64,000 nt of DNA, taken from positions 2,272,001-2,336,000 of the forward strand of contig OY759974.1 in NCBI GenBank assembly GCA_963662945.1. The letters run 5' to 3'. The notes beneath the pieces were generated by a model. The model saw only the letters and a program-made list of their open reading frames with translations, made no database searches and was not told where the DNA came from. Position 1 is the first letter of the stretch. Each line of letters begins with the position of its first letter. Positions 1 through 10,324 of this stretch are shown piece by piece. The stretch is from Arcobacteraceae bacterium (GTDB lineage: Bacteria; Campylobacterota; Campylobacteria; Campylobacterales; Arcobacteraceae). The position numbers and the translations under genes are program-made.

Positions 1-32
1 ATCTTAGTTTTAAATAAACTAGTGATTTATAT

Positions 33-905
33 TTAGGAGTAACTTATAGGAATATAGTAACTTACTTTAAATTTTTCATCTTCTTCTAAAAAATGATTTT
101 TTTCATAGATGGCATAGGGTGGATTAGTAGTGGTTTCATAACCACTATTAATAAGCCAACTAAAATAAACCCAATTCATAAATTTTAAAATATCGCCATA
201 TTGTCCTTCAAAATTAAATTGTGCGTAAACACCGCTTGGTATGATAAGTGTTGGAAGCGTAGCTTTTGGTATCTCTTTTTCTACTATGATACAAGCGATA
301 TATTGACATTCACTAAGTGGAGTGATAGTTGGATTATCGTGGTGAAGTCCTAATTGTTTGTAGTCTTTGATATGATTACATAAAAGCCATGTTTGAAGTT
401 TTTGCCAAGTTTGTTTTATAGATATATTATATCCTTTATGTCTGATGTAATAAGCCCTCATTGTAGGCATCTCAACAATTTTTGGCATAAGATTTGAAAA
501 ATCAATGGTCGCACTTGAAGCAGTAGGTGAAGTGGTTAAAATATCATTTGTAAACTGTTTGTATTCTCCATTTCGCCATTGTTTTGGTGTGATGTGAAAC
601 TTTTGTTTAAATACCCGTATAAAAGCTCCTTGAGAACTATATCCACACATTTTTGCTATCTCTGTTATAGTAGAGTTTTTATTTGTAAGAAGTAGTGTGG
701 ATGCTTTTTGGAGTCGTATAGATTTTATTGTTTCATAAATATTTTGTCCAAATTCTTCTTTAAAGAGTCGTTGCATATGAAATCTACTTGTATGTAAATC
801 AAGACTTAACTCATCTATATTGATATCTATATCAATATGTTTATAAATATAATACATTATATCATTGGCTATTTTTTTATGTTTTTCTAGAGTATCTTTT
901 TTCAT
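33..905 (-). CDS. AraC-family transcriptional regulator with C-terminal GyrI-like effector domain
   Basis: N-terminal double HTH (SRFHMQRLFK; ITEIAKMCGYSSQGAFIRVFK) plus GyrI-like C-terminus (HHDNPTITPLSECQY). ATG at 905 preferred over TTG at 944 because it lies 7 nt after TGCTATAAT. Confidence 0.9.
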   Translation of the reverse strand: MKKDTLEKHKKIANDIMYYIYKHIDIDINIDELSLDLHTSRFHMQRLFKEEFGQNIYETIKSIRLQKASTLLLTNKNSTITEIAKMCGYSSQGAFIRVFKQKFHITPKQWRNGEYKQFTNDILTTSPTASSATIDFSNLMPKIVEMPTMRAYYIRHKGYNISIKQTWQKLQTWLLCNHIKDYKQLGLHHDNPTITPLSECQYIACIIVEKEIPKATLPTLIIPSGVYAQFNFEGQYGDILKFMNWVYFSWLINSGYETTTNPPYAIYEKNHFLEEDEKFKVSYYIPISYS

Positions 906-916
906 AAGATATATTA

Positions 917-982
917 TAGCAAAAATTAGTATATTTTTAAGCAAAAATAGTTTATTTTATTAGCAAATATAGAGAAGAATAA
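917..982 (+). promoter_or_regulatory. Three direct repeats (t/a)AGCAAA with 22-bp period; candidate AraC-type operator
   Basis: AGCAAA starts at 918, 940 and 962 in the divergent araC/aminotransferase spacer; -10 TATAAT at 998-1003. Confidence 0.55.
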
Positions 983-1030
983 AATTTTTAAATCTCCTAT
1001 AATGACGAAAATTTAGAAAAAAGGGATAGT

Positions 1031-2134
1031 ATGAAACGATCATTTATAAGACAAATACTAGAATCAATAGACAATGAAACAATCTCATTTGCAGGTGGAT
1101 TACCTGATGAACATTTGTTCCCTATTGAAGATTTAGCAAAAGCTAGTGCTATAGTGTTGCAAAATAAAAAACATTTCCAATATACAATCAGTAATGGTAT
1201 TACACCTTTAAGAGAAAAAATTGCAAAGTTTTACAATGACGAGGGATTTGAAACAAAACCATCAAATATATTAATAACTACAGGAAGTCAACAGGCACTT
1301 TTTATTATTGCAAAATATTTTGAAAACAAAGAAATATTGATAGAAAAACCATCGTATTTGGGTGCTGTAAATATTTTTAAGATGAATAACTTAGCAATGA
1401 GACCTGTATCTTTGGAGTATGATGGTATTGATATAGAAGAGTTTAATTCTTTGTATCCTGCTACGAAATTGGCTTATTTAATACCTGATTTTCAAAATCC
1501 AAAAGGTTCTTTATATTCTCAAAGTAAAAGAGATGCCATAGCAAAAACAGTATTAGAACACAAAGGTTATATCATAGAAGATGCTCCTTATAGTGAACTT
1601 TATTTTGAAGAGAAATCAAAAAGCATCAGTAGTGAGATACCAAATAACAGTTTCCATTTAGGTTCATTTTCTAAAACATTAACACCAAGTTTTAGAATAG
1701 GGTGGGTAAGAGCAAATGAAGAGATAATATCAGCATTAACTATGATAAAAGAGACAATAGATTTGCATAGTAGTGGGATATCTCAATATATTTTGGATGA
1801 ATATTTAAAAGATGAAACCAAATATAAAAAGCATTTGGAACTTTTAAGATATGAGTATAAAAATAAAATGGAATATTTTGCAGAAGCCTTAAAAGCAGAG
1901 TTACCAGAATTTCATTTTGAAAAACCAAAAGGTGGAATGTTTGTATATGGAAAACTTGAAGGAGTTGACACTAAAGCCTTAGTGTATGAAGCTTTGAAGA
2001 AAAAAGTTGTATATGTACCTGGAAGTGAATTTTATCTTGAGAATACTTTGTGTGATGAGATACGATTTAATTATACACATTCATCAAAAGAGGAAATGAA
2101 GATTGGTTTACAAAGATTAAAAAGTATACTGTAA
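1031..2134 (+). CDS. PLP-dependent aminotransferase class I/II (LysN/ARO8-like)
   Basis: ISFAGGLP, TTGSQQAL, FQNPKG, IEDAPY and GSFSKTLTPSFRIGW (PLP lysine). Confidence 0.9.
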   Translation: MKRSFIRQILESIDNETISFAGGLPDEHLFPIEDLAKASAIVLQNKKHFQYTISNGITPLREKIAKFYNDEGFETKPSNILITTGSQQALFIIAKYFENKEILIEKPSYLGAVNIFKMNNLAMRPVSLEYDGIDIEEFNSLYPATKLAYLIPDFQNPKGSLYSQSKRDAIAKTVLEHKGYIIEDAPYSELYFEEKSKSISSEIPNNSFHLGSFSKTLTPSFRIGWVRANEEIISALTMIKETIDLHSSGISQYILDEYLKDETKYKKHLELLRYEYKNKMEYFAEALKAELPEFHFEKPKGGMFVYGKLEGVDTKALVYEALKKKVVYVPGSEFYLENTLCDEIRFNYTHSSKEEMKIGLQRLKSIL

Positions 2135-2143
2135 GGAAGAACT

Positions 2144-2977
2144 ATGAATGTATTAAAAAATATTGTGTTTGTTACTATTGGTTCTTTTTTTATAGCGTAC
2201 TCAACAGTTGCTTTTCTAAATCCAAATAGTGTAATCACTGGTGGTGGAGTAGGGTTAGCACAACTTTTTTATGCACTTTTCCCAACTATTACTTTGGGTG
2301 CTTGGATAGCTATTATTAGTATCCCATTGATTATTGTTGGTATGAAGTTTTTTGGAAAAAGCTTTGTTATTAAAACTTTTATCTCGATTGGACTTATCTC
2401 TTTGTTTACAGACATATTAAAAGAGGTTTTAAAAATATCTCCAACTACCCATGAAACTATACTTGCCTCTATCTTTGGTGGACTTTTGATAGGGTTAGGA
2501 GTTGGACTGGTGATGCTTGGTCGTTCTTCAACTGGAGGTACAACAATCTTAGCAGAAGTAATAGCTATGAGGACTAGATATAAAACATCACAAATCATTT
2601 TAGTGATTGATGCTATTATTATGTTTGCTTCAATTTTTGTGTATGGAGATGTTGAAAAAGCATTATTTAGTATTATTGGTGTATATGTTACTTCAAGAGT
2701 TGTTGATCTTTTACTTTCTGGAAAACCAGCTCAAAAAGCTGTGAGTATCGTAGCAAACAATGTTGAGGTGTTATCGGAACAAATTTTAAATCAACTAGGG
2801 GAACATGGAACAATTTTACAAGGTATAAACTTAAATCAAAAAGATTCAAGGACTTTAATACTTGTGATTGTAGATATATCTAAGTTACAACTTTTACGAG
2901 AAATTATTAAAGAATATGACCCAGAGGCTTTCCTTGTGATACAAGAAGCTTCTGAGTTATATGGGAGAGATTTTTAG
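2144..2977 (+). CDS. YitT-family membrane protein
   Basis: TGGGVG and SSTGGT motifs, multiple TM segments, C-terminal DPEAF (DUF2179-like). Confidence 0.88.
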   Translation: MNVLKNIVFVTIGSFFIAYSTVAFLNPNSVITGGGVGLAQLFYALFPTITLGAWIAIISIPLIIVGMKFFGKSFVIKTFISIGLISLFTDILKEVLKISPTTHETILASIFGGLLIGLGVGLVMLGRSSTGGTTILAEVIAMRTRYKTSQIILVIDAIIMFASIFVYGDVEKALFSIIGVYVTSRVVDLLLSGKPAQKAVSIVANNVEVLSEQILNQLGEHGTILQGINLNQKDSRTLILVIVDISKLQLLREIIKEYDPEAFLVIQEASELYGRDF

Positions 2978-3028
2978 ATACATATTTCTGCAGAGATTTA
3001 TTATTTTTTAATAGATAGTTTTTATAAT

Positions 3029-3045
3029 TGTATATTTTTTATATA
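3029..3045 (+). promoter_or_regulatory. TGTATA-N5-TATA(C/T)A box upstream of the EAL gene
   Basis: TGTATA TTTTT TATATA, 31 bp before TATAAT (3077-3082). Confidence 0.5.
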
Positions 3046-3146
3046 TAAATGCGAGTTTTTTCTTGTTATTTTTTTATATAATGGTAACTTGTTTTACAAT
3101 ATGGTTTAGTGGTAAAACAGTAATTAATGGTAAATGTGGAAAAATA

Positions 3147-4349
3147 ATGTTAGATAAATTAATAAATGAAGATAGGATAGAGATACATTTTCAACCTATT
3201 GTATCTATGAAAGAAAATAGGATATTTGCATTTGAAGCACTCACTCGTGCTTATGATGAAAATAATGATTTTATATCTCCTCTTTTTCTTTTTGAACATG
3301 CAAGGAAAGAAAATCGTTCAGTTGAATTAGATGATTATGTAAGAAAGTTAGCATTGTATAAGTTTGTAGAGTATTATAGTAAAGATAACACATTATTACT
3401 CTTTTTAAATTTTGAAGCTTCTATGATAGATGAAGATGTAGGTTCTAGTTTTTTACAAAATATAGATAACTGTAAAATACCTTATCAAAATATAATAATT
3501 GAGATAAAAGAAGATAGTGTTCGAGATAACTATTTTCTGGAAAAATTTGTTTTAAAATACAGAAAATTAGGTTTTTTGATTGGTGTAGATGACTTTGGTA
3601 CTGGATATTCAAGTTTTGATAGACTTGCTTTGATTAAGCCAGATATTGTGAAGCTTGATAGGTCTTTAATCTATAATATTCAAAACAATTATATTAATTC
3701 TGAGATTCTTACTTCAATCTCAAATATGTGTCATAAAATAGGTGCAGTAGTATTAGCAGAAGGTGTTGAACAAAATGATGAGATACTCACTTGTATGACA
3801 AAAGATATTGATATTTATCAAGGTTTTTTCTTTTCTAAAGCACAAGATATTATTGATACAAAGATTATACAATTAGTAGAAAATAAGATAAATGAGATAC
3901 AAAAAGGGTATAAATTACTTTTACAAGACTATTATGAAAAAGAAAAAAAGCTCTTAAAAAGATCAAAAAAGATTATCAAAAAAACTTTAGATATTTTAAA
4001 TAGTGATACAAAAGATTATAGAAAACAAATAACAAAAATCATTCAAAATGACAGTCATATAGAAGCGATTTATCTCCTTGATTTGGAGACAGGATTACAA
4101 ATTGGTGATACGATTATAGAAGAAATAAATCAAAGATTATTATACAGTCCTACAAATGATGGTCATGACCATAGTTTTAAAGAATATTACTTATATACAA
4201 AAGATTCTAAAAATAAAGAATATTTGACAGATAAATATATTTCTAAAGCTACAGGTAATATGTGTAATACATATTGTTTAAAAATTAAGCTGCAAGAAGT
4301 AGATTATATCTTATGTTGCGATATTGTTGATGAAAAAAATATGATGTAG
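3147..4349 (+). CDS. EAL-domain c-di-GMP phosphodiesterase with C-terminal PDC/Cache-like domain
   Basis: HFQPIV, FEALTR, DDFGTGYSS, KLDRS, AEGVE and QG motifs; no GGDEF. ATG at 3147 is more plausible than TTG at 3063. Confidence 0.85.
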   Translation: MLDKLINEDRIEIHFQPIVSMKENRIFAFEALTRAYDENNDFISPLFLFEHARKENRSVELDDYVRKLALYKFVEYYSKDNTLLLFLNFEASMIDEDVGSSFLQNIDNCKIPYQNIIIEIKEDSVRDNYFLEKFVLKYRKLGFLIGVDDFGTGYSSFDRLALIKPDIVKLDRSLIYNIQNNYINSEILTSISNMCHKIGAVVLAEGVEQNDEILTCMTKDIDIYQGFFFSKAQDIIDTKIIQLVENKINEIQKGYKLLLQDYYEKEKKLLKRSKKIIKKTLDILNSDTKDYRKQITKIIQNDSHIEAIYLLDLETGLQIGDTIIEEINQRLLYSPTNDGHDHSFKEYYLYTKDSKNKEYLTDKYISKATGNMCNTYCLKIKLQEVDYILCCDIVDEKNMM

Positions 4350-4358
4350 TTAGCTACA

Positions 4359-5933
4359 TTATAGAATCTCCTCAATTGAAAGTTGTGATAAAACTCTATT
4401 ATCAAAACTTTCAAAACTTTCAAACTCCTCTTTTTCATCTCTATATTTTATCATGAGTGTTTTTACAATATATTTTGCTTTTTCCAAAGGAACTGCTTTT
4501 GCTAATACTCTTGCTTCTTTAGCTTCAAGTGTTGCTTTTCCACCTAAAAAGATATGAACTCCATAACACGAGTTGCCATCTTCATCTTTTGCTTTACAGC
4601 CTTCAAAACCTATATCTGCAACTCCATGAATTCCACAACCTTTGACACATCCTGACCAATACATTCTTACTTTTCCATTTTTTATAGGAACTTCATGGGC
4701 TAAAAAGTTTGCCATCTCTATGGCATCTGGTTTATTTGGTATTACTGCAAATGCACAAGTTGCCGTTCCTGCACAAGCTATTTGATGGTTGAAATAGATA
4801 TTATTATACGGTTTATATTCTTTGAATAAATCACTATTTTGCACAATTTCAGTGTGATTTTTATCTGTGATAATATATAAACTTTGTTCAACAGAAAGTC
4901 TTATTTTCCCATCAACCATTGAAGATAAATGACCAATTTTTGTTAAATCAGAACCTTTAAAAATACCACTTGGAATACTGAAGTGTACTGCTTTTAAATT
5001 TTCACTTAAATTAAATATTCCACTTTCATCTAGGATATATTCCTCTTTCGCCAATATCTCACCACTATTTTGATAGTTGATATTTGTTGTTTCTTTTATA
5101 GCGTTTACAAATTCATTCATACCTACAGCTTCTAGTAAAAAGTGTAATCTATTTTTATTTCTATTGTCTCTAAATCCATATTTTTTAAATAGTTCTACTA
5201 CAGCTTTAAAGGTTGGTATAATCTCATCCTTTTTTATAAAAAGACCTGTATTTGTTGCTTGGACACCAACTTTCCCACCAAGATAAAGATTAAAACCTAT
5301 CTCTTCATCTTTTTTAGCAACGATAAAACAACAATCGTGTCCATAAATATTACAATCATTTGTATCTGTTCCCAAGATTGCTGTATTAAATTTTCGTGGC
5401 AGTGTCGCTATCCACTCCTCTTTTTTGAAAAATATTTGTTGCAGTTCATCAATGATTGGTTTACATACTATAATATTTTTATCTCCTAAACCATCAAAAC
5501 TACTAGTAACAATATTTCTAAAGTTATCAACACCAGTTTGAAAAGTAGAAATCCCCACACTATCAAGTTCTTGTAATACTGTATTTAAGTGTTTTAGTTC
5601 TAAAAATCTAAATTCAAGTTGTTGTCTAGTTGTTATATCTATATAATCTTCCCCATATTGAGTGGATATTTTACCCAGTTTTATAGCTTGCTCTGGAGTT
5701 AATTGACCTGCTGGGATACGAATACGAAGCATAAACTTTCCATCTTTTTTTAAAAACAGTCCAAAACATTTTAAGAAAAAACTACTATCTTCATCAGACA
5801 AATTTTCTAAACCATTAGCACAAATTGTATCTAGCTTTTCATAGACACTCATAGGTGTTTTTAGTTTTTTAATATCTTCTATTTTATTGATTTTTTTATT
5901 TCTAAGCGTATATGCTTCTTCTAATACTTTCAT
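4359..5933 (-). CDS. nirA: Ferredoxin-dependent nitrite reductase (siroheme/4Fe-4S)
   Basis: MLRIRIPAG, TTRQ, LPRKFN; Cys motifs CAGTATC and SGCVKGC; nitrate-assimilation context. Confidence 0.85.
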   Translation of the reverse strand: MKVLEEAYTLRNKKINKIEDIKKLKTPMSVYEKLDTICANGLENLSDEDSSFFLKCFGLFLKKDGKFMLRIRIPAGQLTPEQAIKLGKISTQYGEDYIDITTRQQLEFRFLELKHLNTVLQELDSVGISTFQTGVDNFRNIVTSSFDGLGDKNIIVCKPIIDELQQIFFKKEEWIATLPRKFNTAILGTDTNDCNIYGHDCCFIVAKKDEEIGFNLYLGGKVGVQATNTGLFIKKDEIIPTFKAVVELFKKYGFRDNRNKNRLHFLLEAVGMNEFVNAIKETTNINYQNSGEILAKEEYILDESGIFNLSENLKAVHFSIPSGIFKGSDLTKIGHLSSMVDGKIRLSVEQSLYIITDKNHTEIVQNSDLFKEYKPYNNIYFNHQIACAGTATCAFAVIPNKPDAIEMANFLAHEVPIKNGKVRMYWSGCVKGCGIHGVADIGFEGCKAKDEDGNSCYGVHIFLGGKATLEAKEARVLAKAVPLEKAKYIVKTLMIKYRDEKEEFESFESFDNRVLSQLSIEEIL

Positions 5934-7189
5934 ATTATTTCCTTATTAAAAATTGAATTAAATTTTACTACATCCCCAAAAACCAAGATAGCTGGTCTCT
6001 CCATCTCTTCTGAATCAGCTACAAGATTTTTTAAAGTTGTTGTAACTACTTTTTGATTTTGTCTACTTGCATTTGAAACAACTGCACAGAGTTTATTTTG
6101 TGAAATATCTAGTTTTAAAGACTCTTGTACTATCTCTTTTGCACGACTAAGTCCCATCAAAACTACAACAGTATGATTTTCTTTTTTGAGAAGCTCTACC
6201 CAGTCAAGATTTATACTATTTCCTTTTAGATGTGCAGAAACTACAGTAAAACCAGCTGCATATCCACGAGCTGTTATGGGAATACCTGCTGTTGAACATC
6301 CACTGATACTTGAACTAATACCAGGAATAACTTCTGTAGGTATTTGTTCATTGATTAAATCTTGTAATTCTTCAGCACCTCTACCAAATACAAAAGGATC
6401 TCCACTTTTAAGTCTTGCTACACTTAATCCCATTTTTGCATATTTGATGATGAGTGCATTTATCTCTTCTTGAGATTTACTATGAAAATCTTTTTGTTTC
6501 CCTACAGATATTTTAAGTGTGTCTTTTGGAACTATTTGCATAATTTCATCACTAATTAAATGATCATATAAAACTACATCAACAGTTTTAATGATATTGT
6601 GTGCTTTGATTGTCAAAAGTTCTACATCGCCTAAACCGCAACCTACTAAATACACTTGTGTTTTTAAAGTGTTTAGCTCTTTTTGTGTTTGTTGAACATC
6701 AATAATTCCAGCATCTCTTTGCTGTTGTTTTTTTTCTAAATAGCTTTTTATATCTTTTGGGATAAGTTTTGCACATTCATCACGAAAATATTTTGCAGCA
6801 GTTGGTGAAGCTCCATTTGATGATACAGCTATTTGTAAAGGCTTATTTGGGGTTAATGCCATAAAATAAAAGTCACAATATTCTGGTACATCCACTACAT
6901 TAAGTAAAATATTATGAGTTTTTTTATAGTTTAATAATTTGTCGGCTACTTTAGGATTGCCCGTTGCATCTATAATAATATAGAACTCTTTTATATCCTT
7001 TAATATAAACTTTTTTTTGATGATATTATTTGTAGTTTCTAAAATTTCATTTTTAAAAGTATTACTAATAATAGTAAACTCTATATCATTCTCTTTTAGT
7101 ACAGTAGCTTTTTGTAAAGCTACATTTCCTCCACCAATTAGTAAAATCTTTTGATTTTTTAAAAGTATTGGTAATGTTTTATTTTTCAC
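5930..7189 (-). CDS. cysG: Siroheme synthase (precorrin-2 dehydrogenase/ferrochelatase plus uroporphyrinogen-III methyltransferase)
   Basis: N-terminal IGGGNVA and NVVDVP; C-terminal RLKSGDPFVFGRGAEE and PGISS. Confidence 0.88.
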   Translation of the reverse strand: MKNKTLPILLKNQKILLIGGGNVALQKATVLKENDIEFTIISNTFKNEILETTNNIIKKKFILKDIKEFYIIIDATGNPKVADKLLNYKKTHNILLNVVDVPEYCDFYFMALTPNKPLQIAVSSNGASPTAAKYFRDECAKLIPKDIKSYLEKKQQQRDAGIIDVQQTQKELNTLKTQVYLVGCGLGDVELLTIKAHNIIKTVDVVLYDHLISDEIMQIVPKDTLKISVGKQKDFHSKSQEEINALIIKYAKMGLSVARLKSGDPFVFGRGAEELQDLINEQIPTEVIPGISSSISGCSTAGIPITARGYAAGFTVVSAHLKGNSINLDWVELLKKENHTVVVLMGLSRAKEIVQESLKLDISQNKLCAVVSNASRQNQKVVTTTLKNLVADSEEMERPAILVFGDVVKFNSIFNKEII

Positions 7190-7249
7190 AACTTTTCCCT
7201 TAAGTAATATTGAACTATAATAATTTAGTAAGAGTATTCTAACATTAAT

Positions 7250-7290
7250 TTAATGTAAAATTAATATTATATTGTATATTAAATATATAA
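7250..7290 (+). promoter_or_regulatory. 41-bp conserved block containing the TGTATA-N5-TATATA box (narK promoter)
   Basis: 34/41 ungapped identity by hand alignment to 12372-12412; box at 7273-7289; TGnTATACT -10 at 7321-7326. Confidence 0.7.
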
Positions 7291-7374
7291 ATTATTTGAT
7301 AATAATTTAAAAATAGCTGTTATACTTACAATATCAAATAATATTTAATGATAAATTAAGATTAGGAATGAAAA

Positions 7375-8655
7375 ATGGCAGGATTTAAAGATTTAAAAGG
7401 ACAAGGACATGCACCAACGCTGTTTATGGCTTTTTTGTATTTCGATATGAGTTTTATGGTTTGGACTATGTTAGGTCCTTTAAGTACAGAGATAACAGAA
7501 GCTTTAGCAATGGCAGGTCATCTTATGACAGCAGGAGAAAAAGCAACACTTTTATCACTTCCTATATTAGCTGGTGCAATTTTACGAATAGTGTTAGGAT
7601 TTGGTGTAGATAAGTTTGGTGCTAAAAAAACAGCACTATTATCACAAGGTATTGTAATAGCTGCTCTTTTAACAGCATATTTACAAGGAAATAGTATCAC
7701 ATACAATCAACTTCTTATAGTTGCTCTTGGACTTGGATTTGCTGGGGCTAGTTTTGCTGTTGCATTACCGCAAGCTGGACAATGGTATCCTCCAAAACTT
7801 CAAGGGGTTGTTTTAGGAATTGCAGGGGCAGGAAATATTGGAGTAGTTATTGACTTCTTGTTTGCACCAAAAATTGCAGAACTTTGGGGATGGGAGTCTG
7901 TATTTGGCGTAGGTGCTTTGATGGCTATTATTGTATTTGTAGCATATTTCTTTTTAGCACAAGATGCACCAGAATCTGTATATAAAGCAAACCCAAAAAG
8001 ATTAAAAGATTATGTTAAACTTTTAAAAGATAAAGATACTTGGTGGTTCAATTTATTCTATGCTGTAAGTTTTGGTGGATTTGTAGGGTTTGCGGGATAT
8101 ATGAAAGTATATTTGATGAATACTTATAGTGTAGATATGTCTGCATTTGGATTAGATTTTCTTGATGAAGGAAATGTAAAAGTTGTTGCTGGATATTTTG
8201 GAGCATTATGTATCTTTGCAGGAGCTGTTTTAAGACCTGTTGGTGGTGCCGTTGCTGATAAATTAGGTGGGGTAAAATCTTTATACTTTTTCTATGGAAC
8301 TGTGGCATTATTGGCTATAATTAATGCAACAATTACACTTCCTTTTGGTATAGCTATTTTTGTATTGTTTTTAATTATGGCAAATCTTGGTATGGCAAAT
8401 GGAGCAGTATTTCAACTAGTACCTCAAAGATTTGGAAAAGATATTGGAATTATGACAGGTATTGTTGGATGTGCTGGTGGTTTAGGTGGAACAGCACTTA
8501 TTAAAACTCTTGGGTGGTCAAAAGGTGCTTTTGATGGATATACAGCTGGACTTATAATATTTGCTTGTGTTGTTTTAGTTGCAATCGCAGGAATTAGTTT
8601 GGTAAAAACAAGATGGAGAACAACTTGGGGAGTATCTGCTGGAGGAAGAATATAA
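7375..8655 (+). CDS. narK: Nitrate/nitrite MFS transporter (NarK/NasA family)
   Basis: Nitrate signature GFAGASFAV..., GAGNIG, LRPVGG, GMANGAVFQLVP. Confidence 0.88.
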   Translation: MAGFKDLKGQGHAPTLFMAFLYFDMSFMVWTMLGPLSTEITEALAMAGHLMTAGEKATLLSLPILAGAILRIVLGFGVDKFGAKKTALLSQGIVIAALLTAYLQGNSITYNQLLIVALGLGFAGASFAVALPQAGQWYPPKLQGVVLGIAGAGNIGVVIDFLFAPKIAELWGWESVFGVGALMAIIVFVAYFFLAQDAPESVYKANPKRLKDYVKLLKDKDTWWFNLFYAVSFGGFVGFAGYMKVYLMNTYSVDMSAFGLDFLDEGNVKVVAGYFGALCIFAGAVLRPVGGAVADKLGGVKSLYFFYGTVALLAIINATITLPFGIAIFVLFLIMANLGMANGAVFQLVPQRFGKDIGIMTGIVGCAGGLGGTALIKTLGWSKGAFDGYTAGLIIFACVVLVAIAGISLVKTRWRTTWGVSAGGRI

Positions 8656-8674
8656 AAAATAATAGTAGGTTAAA

Positions 8675-10309
8675 ATGAAAAATACAAATATGCATATTTC
8701 TGGATTCACACTTGCTAAAGGAAAAGAACTAGTAGGGGATGATTTTTATGATGTAAAAAACATAGAAAATCTTACTATTGGAATAGTTTGTGACGGTGTT
8801 GGAAGTGCCCAAGAGGGAAGAGTTGCTGCAAAAAGAGTAGTGAATCACCTTATGACAAACTTTAAAAATAGACCACAGGCGTGGTCTATAGAAAAATCTA
8901 TTAAAAAATTTATAACTTCAATTAATGCAATTTTATATCAAGAATCTATGGTAAATTATGAAAGACCAGAACTTGTAACAACGCTTACTATTATTGTAAT
9001 AGAGGGAAATAGACTTTATGGGGCAAATGTTGGAGATAGTAGAGTATATCTTTTAAGAGAAGAAAAACTTACGCAACTTTCTCTAGATCATTCAATGGAA
9101 GAATCAGGATATGAAAATGTTCTTACCCAAGCAATAGGAATAGAAAAAGATGTAGCACCTTATTATTTTGAAAATATAATTCAAAAAGATGACAAAATTC
9201 TTCTATGTAGTGATGGTTTATATAACATTATGAGTGAAAATAGACTTGAATCTGGAATACCACTTGGAGCAAATTCACTCGTAAAAAAAGCAAGTTCTCT
9301 TATGGAAGATAATCTCCCTGATGATACAACAGCTGTTATTTTACAAGTACAAGAAGTGAGTTTACTAGAAGAATTAAAAAAACAAAAACTAGCAATACCG
9401 ACAATCCTAAAAGCTGGGGATGAAATAGATGGTTATATTTTAGAAAAATCTCTTATTCAAAATAATAGAACATGGTTATGTACTAAAAATAAAAAACAAT
9501 ATGTTTTGAAATTTGCTCCAACGGAGGCACTTGAAGATAAAGCTATCTTAGACCTTTTTGTACAAGAAGCTTGGAATGCCAAAAGATTAAAAGCTGGATT
9601 TTTTCCAAAAGCAGTTATTCCGAAAAAAAGAACATGCAGATATTATGTCATGGAAGCTCTTGATGGAGTTGATTTAAAAACATATTTGAAAAAAAGAGTT
9701 TTAAGTGTAGATGAGTCGATAAATCTCGCTAAAACACTTTTAAAAATGTCTCAATATCTTATAAAATTTGATTTAGTGCATGGGGATATAAAACCTGAAA
9801 ATATTATGATTACAAAGAGAGCTGATAAAAAATTCTTTAAAATTATAGATTTTGGAAGTATCACAGAAGTATATAGTATCAACTCAAAAGCAGGAACTCC
9901 CTCATATCTTTCTCCTCAAAGATTTCAGGGGGATGCGATAAGTGAAACAAGTGAAATTTTTTCTATAGGGGTAACTCTTTATGAATCTTTGACAAAAAAG
10001 TTTCCATACGGAGAGATAGAACCTTTTCAAAATCCTACTTTTAAACAAGCAAAATCATTAAAAGAGTTAAATAATAAAATTCCACATTGGCTAGATAGTG
10101 TGATATTACGAAGTATAGCTATAGAGGAACAAAACAGATATAAAAACTATTCAAATATGATGTATGAGTTAGAAAATACTCAAAAGGTAAAACCGTATTT
10201 TAATAAAAATGCGCCACTATTAGAAAAAAATCCACTTATGGTGTATAAAGTTGGATTTTATTTGATGTTAGTTATAAATTTTTTTATGTTTTTAATGTAT
10301 CACAAGTAG
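8675..10309 (+). CDS. Bifunctional PP2C-type phosphatase / Ser-Thr kinase with C-terminal TM
   Basis: PP2C motifs CDGVG, NVGDSR, CSDG, DDTT; kinase motifs HGDIKPEN, DFG, GTPSYLSP. Confidence 0.9.
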   Translation: MKNTNMHISGFTLAKGKELVGDDFYDVKNIENLTIGIVCDGVGSAQEGRVAAKRVVNHLMTNFKNRPQAWSIEKSIKKFITSINAILYQESMVNYERPELVTTLTIIVIEGNRLYGANVGDSRVYLLREEKLTQLSLDHSMEESGYENVLTQAIGIEKDVAPYYFENIIQKDDKILLCSDGLYNIMSENRLESGIPLGANSLVKKASSLMEDNLPDDTTAVILQVQEVSLLEELKKQKLAIPTILKAGDEIDGYILEKSLIQNNRTWLCTKNKKQYVLKFAPTEALEDKAILDLFVQEAWNAKRLKAGFFPKAVIPKKRTCRYYVMEALDGVDLKTYLKKRVLSVDESINLAKTLLKMSQYLIKFDLVHGDIKPENIMITKRADKKFFKIIDFGSITEVYSINSKAGTPSYLSPQRFQGDAISETSEIFSIGVTLYESLTKKFPYGEIEPFQNPTFKQAKSLKELNNKIPHWLDSVILRSIAIEEQNRYKNYSNMMYELENTQKVKPYFNKNAPLLEKNPLMVYKVGFYLMLVINFFMFLMYHK

Positions 10310-10324
10310 ACAGAAGATATAGTA

